Assembly: GCA_038255505.1 (NCBI GenBank)
Contig: JBBSLF010000002.1
Coordinates: 1-61,690, forward strand
Reading direction: 5' to 3'
Length of the DNA: 61,690 bases
Source of the DNA: Candidatus Limnocylindria bacterium
Lineage (GTDB): Bacteria; Chloroflexota; Limnocylindria; QHBO01
The notes beneath the pieces are model-generated. The model was not told the origin of the DNA. It was given only the letters and a program-made list of their open reading frames with translations, and ran no database searches. Made by a program: the position numbers and the translations under genes. How positions within the stretch are numbered: position 1 is the stretch's first letter; every line of letters starts with the position of its first letter. Shown here one piece after another: positions 60,878-61,690 of the stretch.

Positions 60878-61690
60878 GCCCCACCGCGCCGGATCCTGAA
60901 GCGCTGCTCAGTGTCCGCGACCTGGAGGTCACCTTCGGCTCCGGTGACCGAGTCGTCCACGCCGTCAACGGCATCAGCTATGACCTCGCCCCGGGCGAGA
61001 CGCTCGGCATCGTGGGCGAGTCGGGCTGCGGCAAGAGTGTCAGCTCGCTGGCGATCATGCGGCTTCTGCCCAAGCCGGCGGCCCGGGTGCGCTCTGGATC
61101 GGTCATCCTGGAAGGCCAGGATTTGCTCGACCTCTCCGACGAGGAGATGCGCCGCATTCGCGGCGACCAGATGGCGATGATCTTTCAGGATCCGATGACC
61201 TCGCTGAACCCGGTCCTGCCCATCGAGCGGCAGTTGACCGAAGTGCTGGAAACGCACCGCAAGCTCAAGAGGTCGGGAGCGGTCGATCGGGCCGTCGAAC
61301 TGCTCGAGCTGGTCGGGATCCCGGCGGCAAAGAACCGGCTGCGGGACTATCCGCACCAGTTCAGCGGCGGCATGCGTCAACGCGTGATGATCGCAATTGC
61401 GCTTGCCTGCGATCCGCAGCTTCTCATCGCCGACGAGCCGACGACGGCCCTCGACGTGACGATCCAGGCGCAGATCCTGGAGTTGATGCGCACTGCCGTC
61501 ACCGAGCGCGGGACGGCTCTCATCCTTATCACCCACGACCTCGGCGTGGTCGCCGGCATGGCTCAGCGCATCAACGTCATGTATGCCGGGCACATCGTAG
61601 AGCGCGCGACGACCGATGAGCTGTACGGCCGTCCCCGCCATCCGTACACGGTCGGGCTGCTGCGCTCGATCCCACGCCTTGACGAGGGAC
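60874..61690 (+). CDS. ABC transporter ATP-binding protein (DppD/OppD type), 3' end outside the window
   Basis: ATGA overlap with the permease gene. Walker [10 protein letters not shown], signature FSGGMRQRV, Walker [13 protein letters not shown]. The frame is open to the window end. Confidence 0.93.
   Translation, partial: MSPTAPDPEALLSVRDLEVTFGSGDRVVHAVNGISYDLAPGETLGIVGESGCGKSVSSLAIMRLLPKPAARVRSGSVILEGQDLLDLSDEEMRRIRGDQMAMIFQDPMTSLNPVLPIERQLTEVLETHRKLKRSGAVDRAVELLELVGIPAAKNRLRDYPHQFSGGMRQRVMIAIALACDPQLLIADEPTTALDVTIQAQILELMRTAVTERGTALILITHDLGVVAGMAQRINVMYAGHIVERATTDELYGRPRHPYTVGLLRSIPRLDEG

Overview
This is a high-GC (about two-thirds G+C by eye) chromosomal core region. Gene content (ftsA, sbp/DUF1290, split gcvPA/gcvPB, many Pro/Thr-linker envelope proteins) suggests a monoderm-type lineage such as Chloroflexota or deep-branching Actinomycetota; this is inference only.

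Gene order, left to right:
- ppdK (3' part), a PT-repeat membrane protein and the H+-pyrophosphatase hppA
- a divergent sigma/anti-sigma pair facing dnaG-rpoD
- a CoA-binding protein, tRNA-Asn, three unassigned small genes and parB-parA
- tRNA-Met fused to an acyl-CoA carboxylase / methylmalonyl-CoA mutase / epimerase operon
- sucDC, an MFS-cNMP fusion transporter, an isocitrate-DH-family gene, sdhCDAB, RNase HI and an SGNH lipoprotein
- RNase P RNA, then two unassigned genes
- a long dcw cluster (mraZ to ftsZ, then yggS and yggT)
- tRNA-Val fused to a GT4 glycosyltransferase
- a Nudix-gcvT-gcvH-gcvPA-gcvPB operon, an ECF sigma/anti-sigma pair, and a peptide-type ABC importer (3' end truncated)

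I see no rRNA, CRISPR array, transposase, integrase, phage gene or recognisable defence gene, and no demonstrably novel multi-gene system.

The best leads are:
- the unassigned Cys-rich / TM / SLH-like protein plus a small 4-Cys ORF, sitting between rnpB and the dcw cluster
- an exactly duplicated palindrome just downstream of it
- a four-unit 10-bp-phased MraZ-box array
- two clusters of DnaA boxes, each with a perfect box (beside parA and upstream of ftsZ)
- a long unexplained leader in front of the glycine-cleavage operon, where a glycine riboswitch would be expected but is absent
- tRNA genes fused to mRNA 5' ends

Many very long antisense ORFs in the track are GC-rich shadow frames.
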